Shown one piece after another: positions 20,661-31,038 of a DNA stretch of 64,000 nt. The DNA is from Squalus acanthias (lineage: Eukaryota): the NCBI GenBank assembly GCA_030390025.1, contig CM059432.1, positions 84,756,001 through 84,820,000 on the forward strand, given 5' to 3'. Positions within the stretch are counted from its first letter, which is position 1. Every line of letters begins with the position of its first letter. Both the position numbers and the translations under genes were made by a program. Below the pieces are notes generated by a model, which made no database searches, was not told the DNA's origin, and saw nothing but the letters and a program-made list of their open reading frames with translations.

Positions 20661-22472
20661 TCATGGGGTACTATTAGACGGTCCTGCGGCACCTACGGGG
20701 CCGGTTGCGACCGCCACCTGTCCACGCGCATTCAAGACCAGCTTGCGCATGGCTCCTAACACTGCTTCGAGGTCGTCCGGAGGGGTGGGTGCACTAGCTT
20801 CCCTAGCCGGGACAGGCGCCTGGGCTCGGACCGCGGGATTTTTATCCTTGGAATCCTTCCAAGGGTTCCTGCAATGCTTGCGCCAGTGCCCTGTCTTCCC
20901 ACACCCGTAACAAGCATTACTTGCCTGTGGGGCGCGATTACCCTCCTGATGCCACTCTCTTTGATACGGGGCTGCGGGTCGTACCTCATGTACTCTTCCC
21001 TTAAGGGGACGTGTTGCCATACCCCTTATATTGCGATAACCTAACGTGAGTCGATTCAAGACCGACTCTTCCGTAATGTTGGGGTCATTGGGATCAAACC
21101 ATGCTTTTGCCTGCTCTCTGACGGCTGGTAAACTGTTGGCTATTATGCACCTAAGCCAATGAGTTAAAGCGGTGCCTTCCACATCTTCGCGCTCGGGCGC
21201 ACCTAGGCAGCTGCGCTCATATACTGGCCACAGCCTGTCGGCAAAAACCTTCGGGGGTTCTCCCTCCATCTGCACTGTCTGTCCCACTCTAGCAAACGGA
21301 CCTTCGTCGTTCGCCCCCAACACTTCTAGGACCTCATTCTTTAATTCCTCATAACTCTTGGTTCCCCTCTTGCTCTCGCCTGAGAGACACTGAAGGACCG
21401 AGCTGTCTAATGAGAACAGCAGCATTTTTGCTGTCTCCCCATCATCGCAGCCGTTAATGGCTGCGGCTTGCTCAACTTCTCTGAAATGTACGGAAGGGTC
21501 GTCTGCCTCGGTCAGCTTCCGTACGTGATTTATCATAGCTCTCAGCTGATGTGAACTGTGAGGCAACACCAACTGTCCGAGGAGATCCCCCGGTTCTTCC
21601 CCACCGTTTCTGCTTGGGCCCCTTTTAATACCCGTTACTGGATACAACGATCCCTTTCCTACTTCTTTTTCAATGGGCTCTTTTGTTTCTTCCATTGCTT
21701 CCTCCCTAACCCAGGTTTCTGAATAGCTGGGTGGCGCGGAGGGCGCAGTGGCTACTACTTCTTCTGCTTTACTTGGTGGGGATTTTCTAAATCTCTCATT
21801 TACTAGCGGCTGGTGTGCCGACGGATTGATAAGGCACACCATGCCGTTCGCATTGTTCACGGCCTTTTTGAGGTGCTCTATCTCCCTTTGGCAGGCGCTA
21901 TGATCGGCTCCCTGAAACTTATCCTCAAGGGCCAACTTATATGCCGCCCTAACCCCCGTTAAGCTCTCTTCTTGAGTTCTTATCTGGGCAGCTTGGCGGT
22001 TACATCTTTCCTTTAACCTGCTTTCATTCAACTTCGCCTCAGTGACCTGGCACTCGAGATAATCTATCCTTGTTTTAAGGTGACTGGAGACTTCCTGGCT
22101 TTCTTGGTTCAACTCATTTAAATTCTTAATGAGCACCTCTCCTCCAGAAACCTTCTCATCCATTTCTCCCTCTAAATGACTGATTCGAGCTACTAGCGCT
22201 GTAATGGTCTGGTTTGAAATCTGAACCTGCCTTTTGTAACACATAAGCCAGACTGCTTTCTCAAGTGTCTTTCTATGTTCTTTACTATCTGTCCACCTTT
22301 CAGCTGCCTCTAGTGGGCTTTTATCCGCTAACAATTCACTTATCCATTTCTTAGTTAGATTAACCTTTCCAAACACATAATCCGCTATCTTTTCCTGCAT
22401 AACATTTCGTACAGTCATTCCAAAATCTAACACACTACCCTCTCGCTGCCAGTGTCCTGCCGCGGTCGCCAT
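20661..22472 (-). CDS. gag: Gag, 603 aa: N-terminal coiled coil, late domain, capsid-like region, one CCHC knuckle
   Basis: Strong Kozak AAAATGG; heptad-rich aa about 80-205; PSAPPSY; MHR-like QMEGEPPKVFADRL; CYGCGKTGHWRKHC. Confidence 0.95.
   Translation of the reverse strand: MATAAGHWQREGSVLDFGMTVRNVMQEKIADYVFGKVNLTKKWISELLADKSPLEAAERWTDSKEHRKTLEKAVWLMCYKRQVQISNQTITALVARISHLEGEMDEKVSGGEVLIKNLNELNQESQEVSSHLKTRIDYLECQVTEAKLNESRLKERCNRQAAQIRTQEESLTGVRAAYKLALEDKFQGADHSACQREIEHLKKAVNNANGMVCLINPSAHQPLVNERFRKSPPSKAEEVVATAPSAPPSYSETWVREEAMEETKEPIEKEVGKGSLYPVTGIKRGPSRNGGEEPGDLLGQLVLPHSSHQLRAMINHVRKLTEADDPSVHFREVEQAAAINGCDDGETAKMLLFSLDSSVLQCLSGESKRGTKSYEELKNEVLEVLGANDEGPFARVGQTVQMEGEPPKVFADRLWPVYERSCLGAPEREDVEGTALTHWLRCIIANSLPAVREQAKAWFDPNDPNITEESVLNRLTLGYRNIRGMATRPLKGRVHEVRPAAPYQREWHQEGNRAPQASNACYGCGKTGHWRKHCRNPWKDSKDKNPAVRAQAPVPAREASAPTPPDDLEAVLGAMRKLVLNARGQVAVATGPVGAAGPSNSTP
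22454..22471 (-). other. Primer binding site, tRNA-Arg(TCG)
   Basis: TGGCGACCGCGGCAGGAC is the complement of the 3' 18 nt of vertebrate tRNA-Arg(TCG) (GTCCTGCCGCGGTCG-CCA, recalled sequence); 5 nt from the LTR end. Confidence 0.88.
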
Positions 22473-22476
22473 TTTC

Positions 22477-24138
22477 TGTAAGGGATTCTGACCCTGCGTG
22501 TCTCGCAGCCTGTGAGATTCACGCGGCTCTGTGCAGCCTGTATGTCAGTGCGGGTCTAGGCCTCGTTGCCTGTTCTGGTCTCCAGCCAGTCTGGGAACAC
22601 TAGACACACCTGTGAGTGGTTCGAATCACTCTCCCTTACGGTTCTAGACACTGGACTTAGATGCGAGAGCAGTAATGGAGATGAAACTCATGTAGACTCG
22701 GTTTGAATGGTACGAAATGGAAAATCTTTATTGCATGATACTTAAGATTATGAAATACATGTCATAAGCACAGATTAATGACAGTACAATCTTACAAACA
22801 GTTATATAGTCGATCTTAGGGAAACGAGGAACGAACGGCACAAAGTAAATAGGGGCACACATTACAAATATCCTTAATCCTTAAACCCTCCCCTATCAAT
22901 ATCTATCCTAAACTAGATTCGTAGGATCTCGAGACTCATGCTCACCACTCGTGATAACTCGGAGAAATTCCGAATAGCTGATCGGATGTTTTTCACCGCA
23001 GCACCCACGTGTCGGTCAGGAGATCTCCTGGTCCCACTTGTTTACTTGCTTCTGCTGCTCCGGCTAGCAGGCTGGAACGTCTGCTGTGATGAAGACCTGT
23101 GTTGGTTGGTTTAACAGGTACTTTTCGAGCACAGTTGTCGATATCATCGATACGATATGTTTCTTTGCAAGTTCGAAGAAGTCTTCCTGGCAAGGAAAAC
23201 TTGGCTAATCGACCTACAGGCGCGGTCGGGATTTACTGACCGTGGCGATGGATATGGTCTTCCTCTCTTCTCATCTCATCTCATCTCATCTCATCTCATC
23301 TCGGGCCTTTGGTTCCGCTGCCAGTTACCAACATAGGTCTTCGTTACGCGACACGAGGTAGATCCGAACGGATCAGAAAGTTCAACAGTCTTTTCAGAAG
23401 AGGCAACAGGCAAGCAGAAGCGAGCCCAACTACGAGTACACAGGAGCAGCCACGAGGTTACGAAAACAAGAGCACAGGAGCAGCCACGATGATAAGAGCA
23501 GCAAGAGAAAGATGGACGGTTTGGAGCCTGCAATTATAGTGCAAAATCTTCCGTTTCCCGCCCAACTATAATGTCCATTCTTTTGTTTAGGGTCTGGCGC
23601 TCAAATGTCTTGTATGGGTGATCTCCGTTCTTAATGGGTTTCGGGGCTACTCGTAAATGTCTGAGTACCTGTTAATATTTCTCCCATTGTTAAATCGGTC
23701 GGTGTTCTCCCTGGAGGGGTTTGGGGCTTCCAAGTGTCCTGTATAACTACCTGCTAACGGCTCTCTCATCGTAGAGTCGTTGGGATTTTACATATTAATG
23801 TCTTTTGGATGGGCCCTTGATTACTCGGTACAATGGCTTTCCTTTGTACCTGGGAGACCGATTTCAGTATCTATGTGTATACTGCAAACCCATAATGTCT
23901 CGTGTATTATCTTCACTGTGCTGAATCTTAATCGATCTTGCACAAATGTTTATTGGAACGCCATCTTGTCTGCCTGTTGAAAAGTCTAGAATGTTCTGTC
24001 ACGAGGTGCGGCGGCCATTTTACAGGCTGCTTGTGTCCACTTTAAACCTGCCAGCATTCTGCTGAAATAAAAGCTGTTTGAACGAAACTCTGTGTTTTCT
24101 CCTTATTAATAAAATCGCGATATATTGCGAATTCTACA
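22477..24138 (-). repeat. 5' LTR (1662 bp)
   Basis: Direct repeat of 11356-13022; adjacent to the PBS; contains (TCTCA)6. Confidence 0.97.
23533..23565 (-). promoter_or_regulatory. Candidate LTR core promoter (GC box GGGCGGGAA then TATAAT)
   Basis: Minus strand reads GGGCGGGAAACGGAAGATTTTGCACTATAATT; motif evidence only. Confidence 0.35.
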
Positions 24139-24491
24139 GGAAGAGGCTGAAACTGCAGGGAAGGTTCAAACAAGAGGTGAAAAAGAGCTGGAGGCTGCAG
24201 GAGAAAGCAACAGCTGCCCGAAAAGTTGGGAAGGAGCATGAGAGGAGGGAAGGGGGGATGGGGGGATTATCAGGCACACTTCCCTTATTTGGAGCCATGA
24301 TTACTGATCAATTTTTAAAGTACATTAGATTAGTATATGTTATGGGAGACAAATTAAACTTCAGGTTTTGATGCTAATATGTGGTGGAGGAATGGCTGTG
24401 CAGAGCGGCGGAATGGATTTGTATGATACAGTGGAATGGTCACGATGTTGTAAATGTTTTTAATGTTCAATAAATAATATATATTTAAAAA

Positions 24492-24942
24492 AGTGGGTAG
24501 CACCTTCGCCTCTATGTCAGAATGTTGTGGGTTCAAATCCCACTCCAGAAACTTGAGCACAAAAATCTAGGCTGACACTCCAGTGCAGTACTGAGGGAGT
24601 GCTGTACTATTGGAGATGCTGTCCTTCAGATGAAATATTAAACCGAATCCCTGTCTGCTCAGGTAGATGTAAAACATCCCATGGCAATATTTGGAAGAAG
24701 AGCAGGGGAGTTATCCCCAGTGTCCTGGCCAATATTTACCCCTCAACCAACATCACTAAACAGATTATCTGGTCATTATCATATTGCTGTTTGTGGGATC
24801 TTTCTGTGCGCAAATTGGCTGCCACGTTTCCTACCTTACAATAGTGAGTACACTTCAAAAAAAGTACCTCATTGGCTGTAAAGTACTTTGGGACGTCCAG
24901 TGGTCGTGAAAGGTGCTATATAAATGCAAGTCTTTCTTTCTT
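24492..24942 (+). mobile_element. DeuSINE (SacSINE1-like); its first 30 nt lie at 8879-8909
   Basis: The tRNA head with A box TGGCTCAGTGG (about 8888) and B box GGTTCAAATCC (about 24530) rejoins across the TSD; Deu core and L2-type tail follow. Confidence 0.85.
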
Positions 24943-27294
24943 TACCGTGTTTTCACTATCTCTCTGACCCCAAACGATCAGTCCTCAGCAAAGGTCCCAG
25001 CTTCATCCCTTACGCCCCCACCTCAATGAATTTTGAGCGCAAGATGATGCTGAGCTCTTCTTCCGTCGCCTTTGCCTCCATGCCCACTTCTTTGGCCAGG
25101 AGTCTTCCCCTCGCACAGCGGACATTTTCTCCCATCTTCAGAATTCTTGTTCCACCTGGATCCCTCCCTCTGGCCTCTTACCCTCTCTTGATCTTTTCAT
25201 TGGGAACTTTCAGCATGACTTCGGCCATCTCAATTTCTCTACGCCCCTCACTCACTCTAATGTACCTCCCTCTGAACTTCCAGCACTCCGTTCTCTCAGG
25301 TCCAACCCTGACATTGTCATTAAACCTACTGACAAGGGCTGTGGTTTGGTGAACAGACCTCCACTTTACGAAGGCTGAACGCCAACTCTCCAACATCTCC
25401 TCCAACATCCCCCTTGACCACGATCCCACCACCGAGCATCAAGCCATCATTTTCCAGACCGTCACAGACCTCATCTCCTCTGTAGATCATTCCCCCATAG
25501 CCTCCAACCTCATAGTCCCCCAAACCTGCACAGCCCGCTTCTACCTTCTTCCCAAGATCCACAAACAGGACTGCCCTAGTGGATCCATCGTTTCAGCCTG
25601 ATATTACTCCACAGAATAGGATAGTTTTTACTATCTCGACTCTATTTTTTCTCCCCTTGTCCAGTTGCTTCCGACCTATATCCGCGACTCTTCCGACGCC
25701 CTCTGCCACTTGAACAGTTTCCAGTTTTCTGGCCTTAACCATCTCCTTTTCACCATAGATTTCCAGTCCTTCTACACCTCCAGCCCCCACCAGGACGGCC
25801 TGTGGACGCTCCGCTTCTTCTTGAACAGAGGCCTAACTAGTCCCCATCCACCACCACCCTCCTCTGCCTGGCTGAACTTGTTCTTACATTGAACAACTTC
25901 TCCCTTGACTCCTCTCACTTTCTCCAAATACAAGGTGACCCTATGGGAATCCATATGGATCCTAACTATGCCAGCCTTTTCGTGGGATACGTGGAACATT
26001 CTTTGTTGCAGTCCTACTCAGGTCTCCACAATCACTTCTTTGTCTGGTACATTGACGACTGTGTCGGTGCTGCTACCTGCTCTCGCCCCGAACTGAAAAA
26101 TGTCATCAACTTTGATTCTAATTTCCACCCTCCTTTGCCTTCACATGGTCCCTCTCCGACTCTTCCCTTCCTTTCCTCGACTTCTCTATCTCCATTTCTG
26201 GGAATAGCCTGTCAACCAATAACTACTATAAGCCACAGCTACCATGATTACACTTCCTCCCACCCCGCTTCCTGTAAGGACTCTATTCCATTCTCCCAGC
26301 TTCTCCATCTCTGTCGCATCTGTTCTGACGAAGCCACCTTCCACACCAGTACTTCCAATATGTTTTTCTTTTTCCTCAACTGAGGATTCCCCTCCACTGT
26401 TATTGACAGGGCCCTCGACCATGTCCGTCCCATTTCCCGCACTTCTGCCCTCCCACCTCCCACTCCCTCCTAGAACCATGATAGGGTCCCCCTTGTCCTC
26501 ACCTTCCACCTCACCAACCTCCAGATTCAACGGATCATCCTCCGCCATTTCTGCGTCCTCCAGCATGAAGCCACCATCAAACACATCTACTCCTCCCTTC
26601 ACCTTTCAGCATTCTGAAGGGACCATTCCCTCTGCGACACCCTGGTCCACTCTTCCATCACCCTCAACCCCCATTCCCCTTACCATGGCACCTTCCCTTT
26701 AACCTCCTCCCTTCCCACTATCCAGGGCCCCACCCACTCCTGCCAGGTGAAACAGCGATTTACTTGTACTTCCTTCAATTTAGTATACTGTATTTGCTGC
26801 TCACGATGCGGTCTCCTCTATACTGGGGAGACCAAGCGCAGATTGGGCAATTGCTTTGCTAAACACCTCCGTTCAATCCGCAAGCGTGACAATGAGCTTC
26901 CGGTCGCTTGCAATTTTAATTCTCCATCCCGCTCCCACTCTGATCTCTCTGTCCTCCGTCTCCTACACTGTTCCAATGAAGCTCAACGGAAGCTCAAGGA
27001 ACAGTACTTCGTCTTTCGATTAGGCACTTTACAACCTTCCAGACTCGGCATTGATTTCAATAATTTCAGATCATGATCACTGCTCCTATTTTTTTGGACA
27101 GCAGGTGCTGGTAATGGTTCTGCTGTTGCCATTTATACCTCCTCTAGACCTATCTTTTGTTTTTTTACCACTCCCTTTTGCCTTGCACCATCATCCCTTT
27201 TGTCATTTAATCTCTCCTGCTTTCTACCCTATTACAGACCTTCCCTTTTATTCTTTCCTCCCTTCCTCTCCCATTTCCCTGCTTAAAACCTATT

Positions 27295-28187
27295 GGGGGA
27301 AAAATTCAGTTGGTTGCGCCTCCCGTTAGCGCCTTAAGAGGGCGCTAATGGGGCGCAAAGCAGCTAGCGCCCGGGCGCAGCGATGTTTGCGCCGCTCGCG
27401 AACTTAACTAGACATTTTGCGGTGGCGCTAAACTTTATCGCCGCGATCTCCTGCGCCGGCAGATCATGACGTCACTCGAGTGCGCAATGCCCCGGTATCG
27501 CCCCGGAGCGGATATTGAGTGGCGCCCCCTGCCTTACTGCCTGACGCTAGCAACGACAGGTTGAGGGGAGCGTTCTGCAGTCATGAAGGGAAAGGGGGAG
27601 CGCTATTTAAAGGTGACCGCTTCCTGCCTTTTATTGTTGGTGCCATTTTTGAACTACGCATTCTGAGAGAGAGAGGGAGAGACTTCTGGAGAGATTCAAC
27701 GTTGTGTGAAGGAGTTTTGCATACTGAGCAGCACTTTGCAGGTTCATTTTGATTTGCCATTCCTTGTATCGATTTAGCAGAGACTGTGGGGGCTGCACTC
27801 TGAGCTCTTTGCCTGGTACTCTCCATTGTTCTTTCCAGCACATTTGATGTGCAGGTCTCTCCAGGCCGAGATTCAAGGCTGCAATGAGCAGGATGTGGAT
27901 GGAAAGCAAGATTAACCATCCCCTTTAAGAACTGGCCCGTGCCATTGTGTGTGTGTTCCATTGCTGACTGACATTACATGAGCTTCGCCAGCGCTCTGAG
28001 GTAGCGCCTCGCTCCTCGGCCTTTGCGCCTTAAGACAGGTGTGAAGCGCCTGATTTAGCGCTGCAATCACCTCCAGGGGTGATAAAAGTCAAGTTTGCAG
28101 TCGGTGGCGATAATTAGCGCCAGGCGCTAATTTTTGCGCCCGGACGATATTTGCGCCCCAAATGGGGCGCGACTGAATTTTTCCCCC
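27295..28187. mobile_element. PIF/Harbinger-type MITE
   Basis: Perfect 16-bp TIRs GGGGGAAAAATTCAGT / ACTGAATTTTTCCCCC with 3-bp TSD ATT. Confidence 0.88.
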
Positions 28188-28206
28188 ATTACATCTCTAG
28201 CTTCTC

Positions 28207-28247
28207 CCACTTCTGATGAAAGGTCATTGACCTGAAACGTTAACTCT
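28207..28247 (+). ncRNA. Minimal type I hammerhead ribozyme motif in a Penelope tail
   Basis: CTGATGA, stem AGGTC-ATT-GACCT, GAAA, palindromic ACGT. Confidence 0.6.
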
Positions 28248-28304
28248 GTTTCTCTCTCCACAGATGCTGCCTGACCTGCTGAGTATTTCCAGCATTTTCT
28301 CTTT

Positions 28305-28669
28305 ATATTTATTGCCCATCCTTAGTTGCCCTGAGAAGGTGGTGGTTCTTCTTGAACTGCTGTAGCGGTTTGATACAACTGATTGGCTCGGTCGGCTAAT
28401 TCAGAGGGAAGTTAAGATTCAACCGTGTTGGTATGGGGCTGGAGTCAAATACAGGCCAGATTGGATAAGGATAGAAGGTTTCCTTCCCTAGAGGGCATTA
28501 GTGAACCAGTTGGGCTTTTGCAACAATCAAACAGTTTTGTGGTCACCAGCATTTTATTTCTAGATTTTTTTAAAAACTGAATTCAAATTCTCAAACTGCC
28601 ATGGTGGGATTTGAACTTTTGTTCTCTGAATTATTAGTCCAGTAACATAACAAGTACACTACTGTACCC
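28305..28669 (-). mobile_element. tRNA-headed SINE sharing its 3' tail with the LINE family at 30340 and 50653
   Basis: Minus strand has a B box GTTCAAATCCC near the 5' end; the 3' end CCACCACCTTCTCAGGGCAACTAAGGATGGGCAATAAA matches the LINE tail. Confidence 0.55.
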
Positions 28670-31038
28670 GGTATCTATAAGTACTGTGTGATCCTTTTAA
28701 ATAGCACTGGTGAGGGGCCCTTCCCGCTGGTTAGTGCCACGTTGTGCTGTGTGAGATCAGCACATGGTGAGTGAAGTGTTGGGGTGATTGAAAATTGAAT
28801 ACAGGTCCTGCAAGAAGCGCAGGATCCTAATTTGCATGCATTATTCCTCACTTTGAATGTTGCCAGTGTGTGTTCCTGCCACCAGCACGACATCCTCTAT
28901 CAATATGGCAGGCTTCCAGCTGGAAATGTGTGCATGCTTCCTGCCCGCCATATTGGGAACTTAATAGGCTGGTTAGTGCCAAAAAACGGCCACTATTCAG
29001 TTGCATTTATAGGCCCGAGATTGGCAAGGATAGGGGTGATAGGCAAGTGGGGCTGAAAGTGATGAGAACATGAATGAAGGTTTCCAATGGCAGTGTAAAT
29101 GAGATAAGGGCCAAGGTGGGCAATGTGGAAGTGGAAATAGGTGGTCTGGATTTCGTTAGGATATAGGATTTCTAAGCTCATCTCAGGGCTAAACAAGACA
29201 CCAAAGTTGTACTGTTAGACTGAGCCTGATCAACCAGTTGAGGAGGGGGATGGAATTGGGAGAGTTTCTGCTATCCCGAGTAATCAGCTGGCATTCATCT
29301 GCATTATCCTGTGCAGATGGTCACAGAGGAGCTGTACATTGATTGAGTGGAAGTCCTTGAGGTTCATGATGGCTCAACTATTATGGGTAGAAGCATTCAG
29401 AGTTACATGTGTGCAATGAATGACACTCCAGGCTTTGGCAATTCTTGCAATCTGGGCAAAACACAGGGCCCTATCGTGCTATTTCCAGTTTACCACTGGG
29501 CTAAGTGATGGAGCATTTTGCTCTGGCAAAGAACATGTCAGTCACCTGCTTTATGTGAGATAGATGTACATTGGCTGATGCTACTGCAGTGCCATGCTTG
29601 CTTTAGAGTTTGGTAAGAAACCTTGCAGGATGCTATGCAACTCCAACACTGCCTCCCTGGAGAAGCATAGCCTCCACACGCATTGCTCTTTTGACGTTCA
29701 TAAATATCTGTCTCAGTGCTCATTTGAGAGAAAAGGGCAGGTAGCAGCAGGCCTTCTACTAACTGAGTTAATTAACCCTAATCCTTGCATTCCTCATCTT
29801 CTTGTCTTCCTTTAAATAAGCCAAGAGGGATTCCCACTGAGGCACCCATAATCCAAGGGGTTAGAAAGCTTTCAGAAGTCGGGTCACCAAAACATTTTCT
29901 ACAAACCTCCTTCACACACAGAGTGCAGAAAACTGAAATTTATTCATGAGAACAAAAACCACCATTTAATGAGAGCTTGTACCTTTAGATTCTTTGGTGC
30001 TCAAACGGTAAGCCCTGTTATCTGTGGACACCCAAGTTATAGGAGTGTGAAGAGCAACAAGTGTAGACAGGTTATAAATGACCTTCCCATTTCCATATCA
30101 TTATGAAGCTGCCACCCGTTTTGGACATGAGTTTCTGCTTCCCCACCAGAAACTTGAGTTGCACACAGAATGGCTAATCTCCATCCATTTACACATTCCA
30201 TTGCACCACATTGGCGTCTATCTGAAGGATAGGGTTAACACAGAGTAATATCGGCCTCATTCAGTGCTGAGGCAGGTTGCTTGGCTAGCAACAAGGCAGC
30301 TTCTTAGAGGGAATATTTGCATTTTTGACGGCTATGCTATTTTATTTTTATTCGTTCATGGGATCTGGGCGTCGCTGGCTAGGCCAGCATTTATTACCCA
30401 TCCCTAATTGCCCTTGAGAAGGTAGTGGTGAGCCGCCTTCTTGAACTGCGTGTGATGAAGGCACTCCCACAGTGCTGTTAGGGAGGGAGTTCCAGGACCC
30501 AGCGACTATGAAGGAACGGCGATATAATTCCAAATCAGGAAGGAGTGTGACTTGGAGGAGAACTTGGAGGTGGTGGTGTTCCCATGCGCCTGCTGCCTTT
30601 GTCCTTCTAGGTGGTAGAGGTCGCGGGTTTGGGAGGTGCTGTCGAAGAAGCCATGGCGAGTTGCTGCAGTGCATCTTGTAGATGGTATACACTGCAGCCC
30701 CAGTGAGCCTGTGGTGGAGGGAGTGAACATTTAAGGTGGTGGATGGGGTGCCAATCAATCGGGCTGCTTTGTCCTGGATGGATTTCAAGCTTCTTGAGTG
30801 TTTTTGGAGATGCACTCATCCAGGCAAGTGAAGACTATTCCATCACACTCCTGACTTGTGCCTTGCAGATGGTGGAAAAGCTTTGGGGAGTCAGGCGGTA
30901 AGACACTCGCCGTAGAATACCCAGCCTCTGACCCTGACCCGCTATTGTTGCCACAGTATTTATGTGGCTGGTCCAGTTAAGTTTCTGGTCAATGATGAAC
31001 CCCAGAATATTGATGCTGGGGGATTTGGCGATAGTAAT

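Larger units (their letters stand above)
11356..24138 (-). mobile_element. Intact endogenous retrovirus-like provirus (lokiretrovirus-like): LTR-gag-pol-env-LTR
   Basis: TG...CA LTR pair, 4-bp TSD GGAA (11352-11355 and 24139-24142), PBS, PPT and three long uninterrupted ORFs. The structure is directly visible; the lineage assignment is inferred from the dual RNase H and F-type Env. Confidence 0.95.
8910..24491 (+). mobile_element. Tx1/L1-like non-LTR element, ORF1-only derivative (about 1.95 kb net), interrupted by a MITE and the provirus
   Basis: TSD AGTGGGTAGCACC(C/T)TC at 8894-8909 and 24492-24507; AATAAA and short A tail at about 24468-24492; decayed ORF1 at the 5' end. Confidence 0.7.
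24945..28305 (+). mobile_element. Penelope-like element, decayed (RT plus GIY-YIG, 3' UTR/pLTR), MITE inserted in its tail
   Basis: WYIDD RT motif and LVYCICC...LYTGETKRRL GIY-YIG; many frameshifts; colinear with 56584-58630. Confidence 0.88.
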
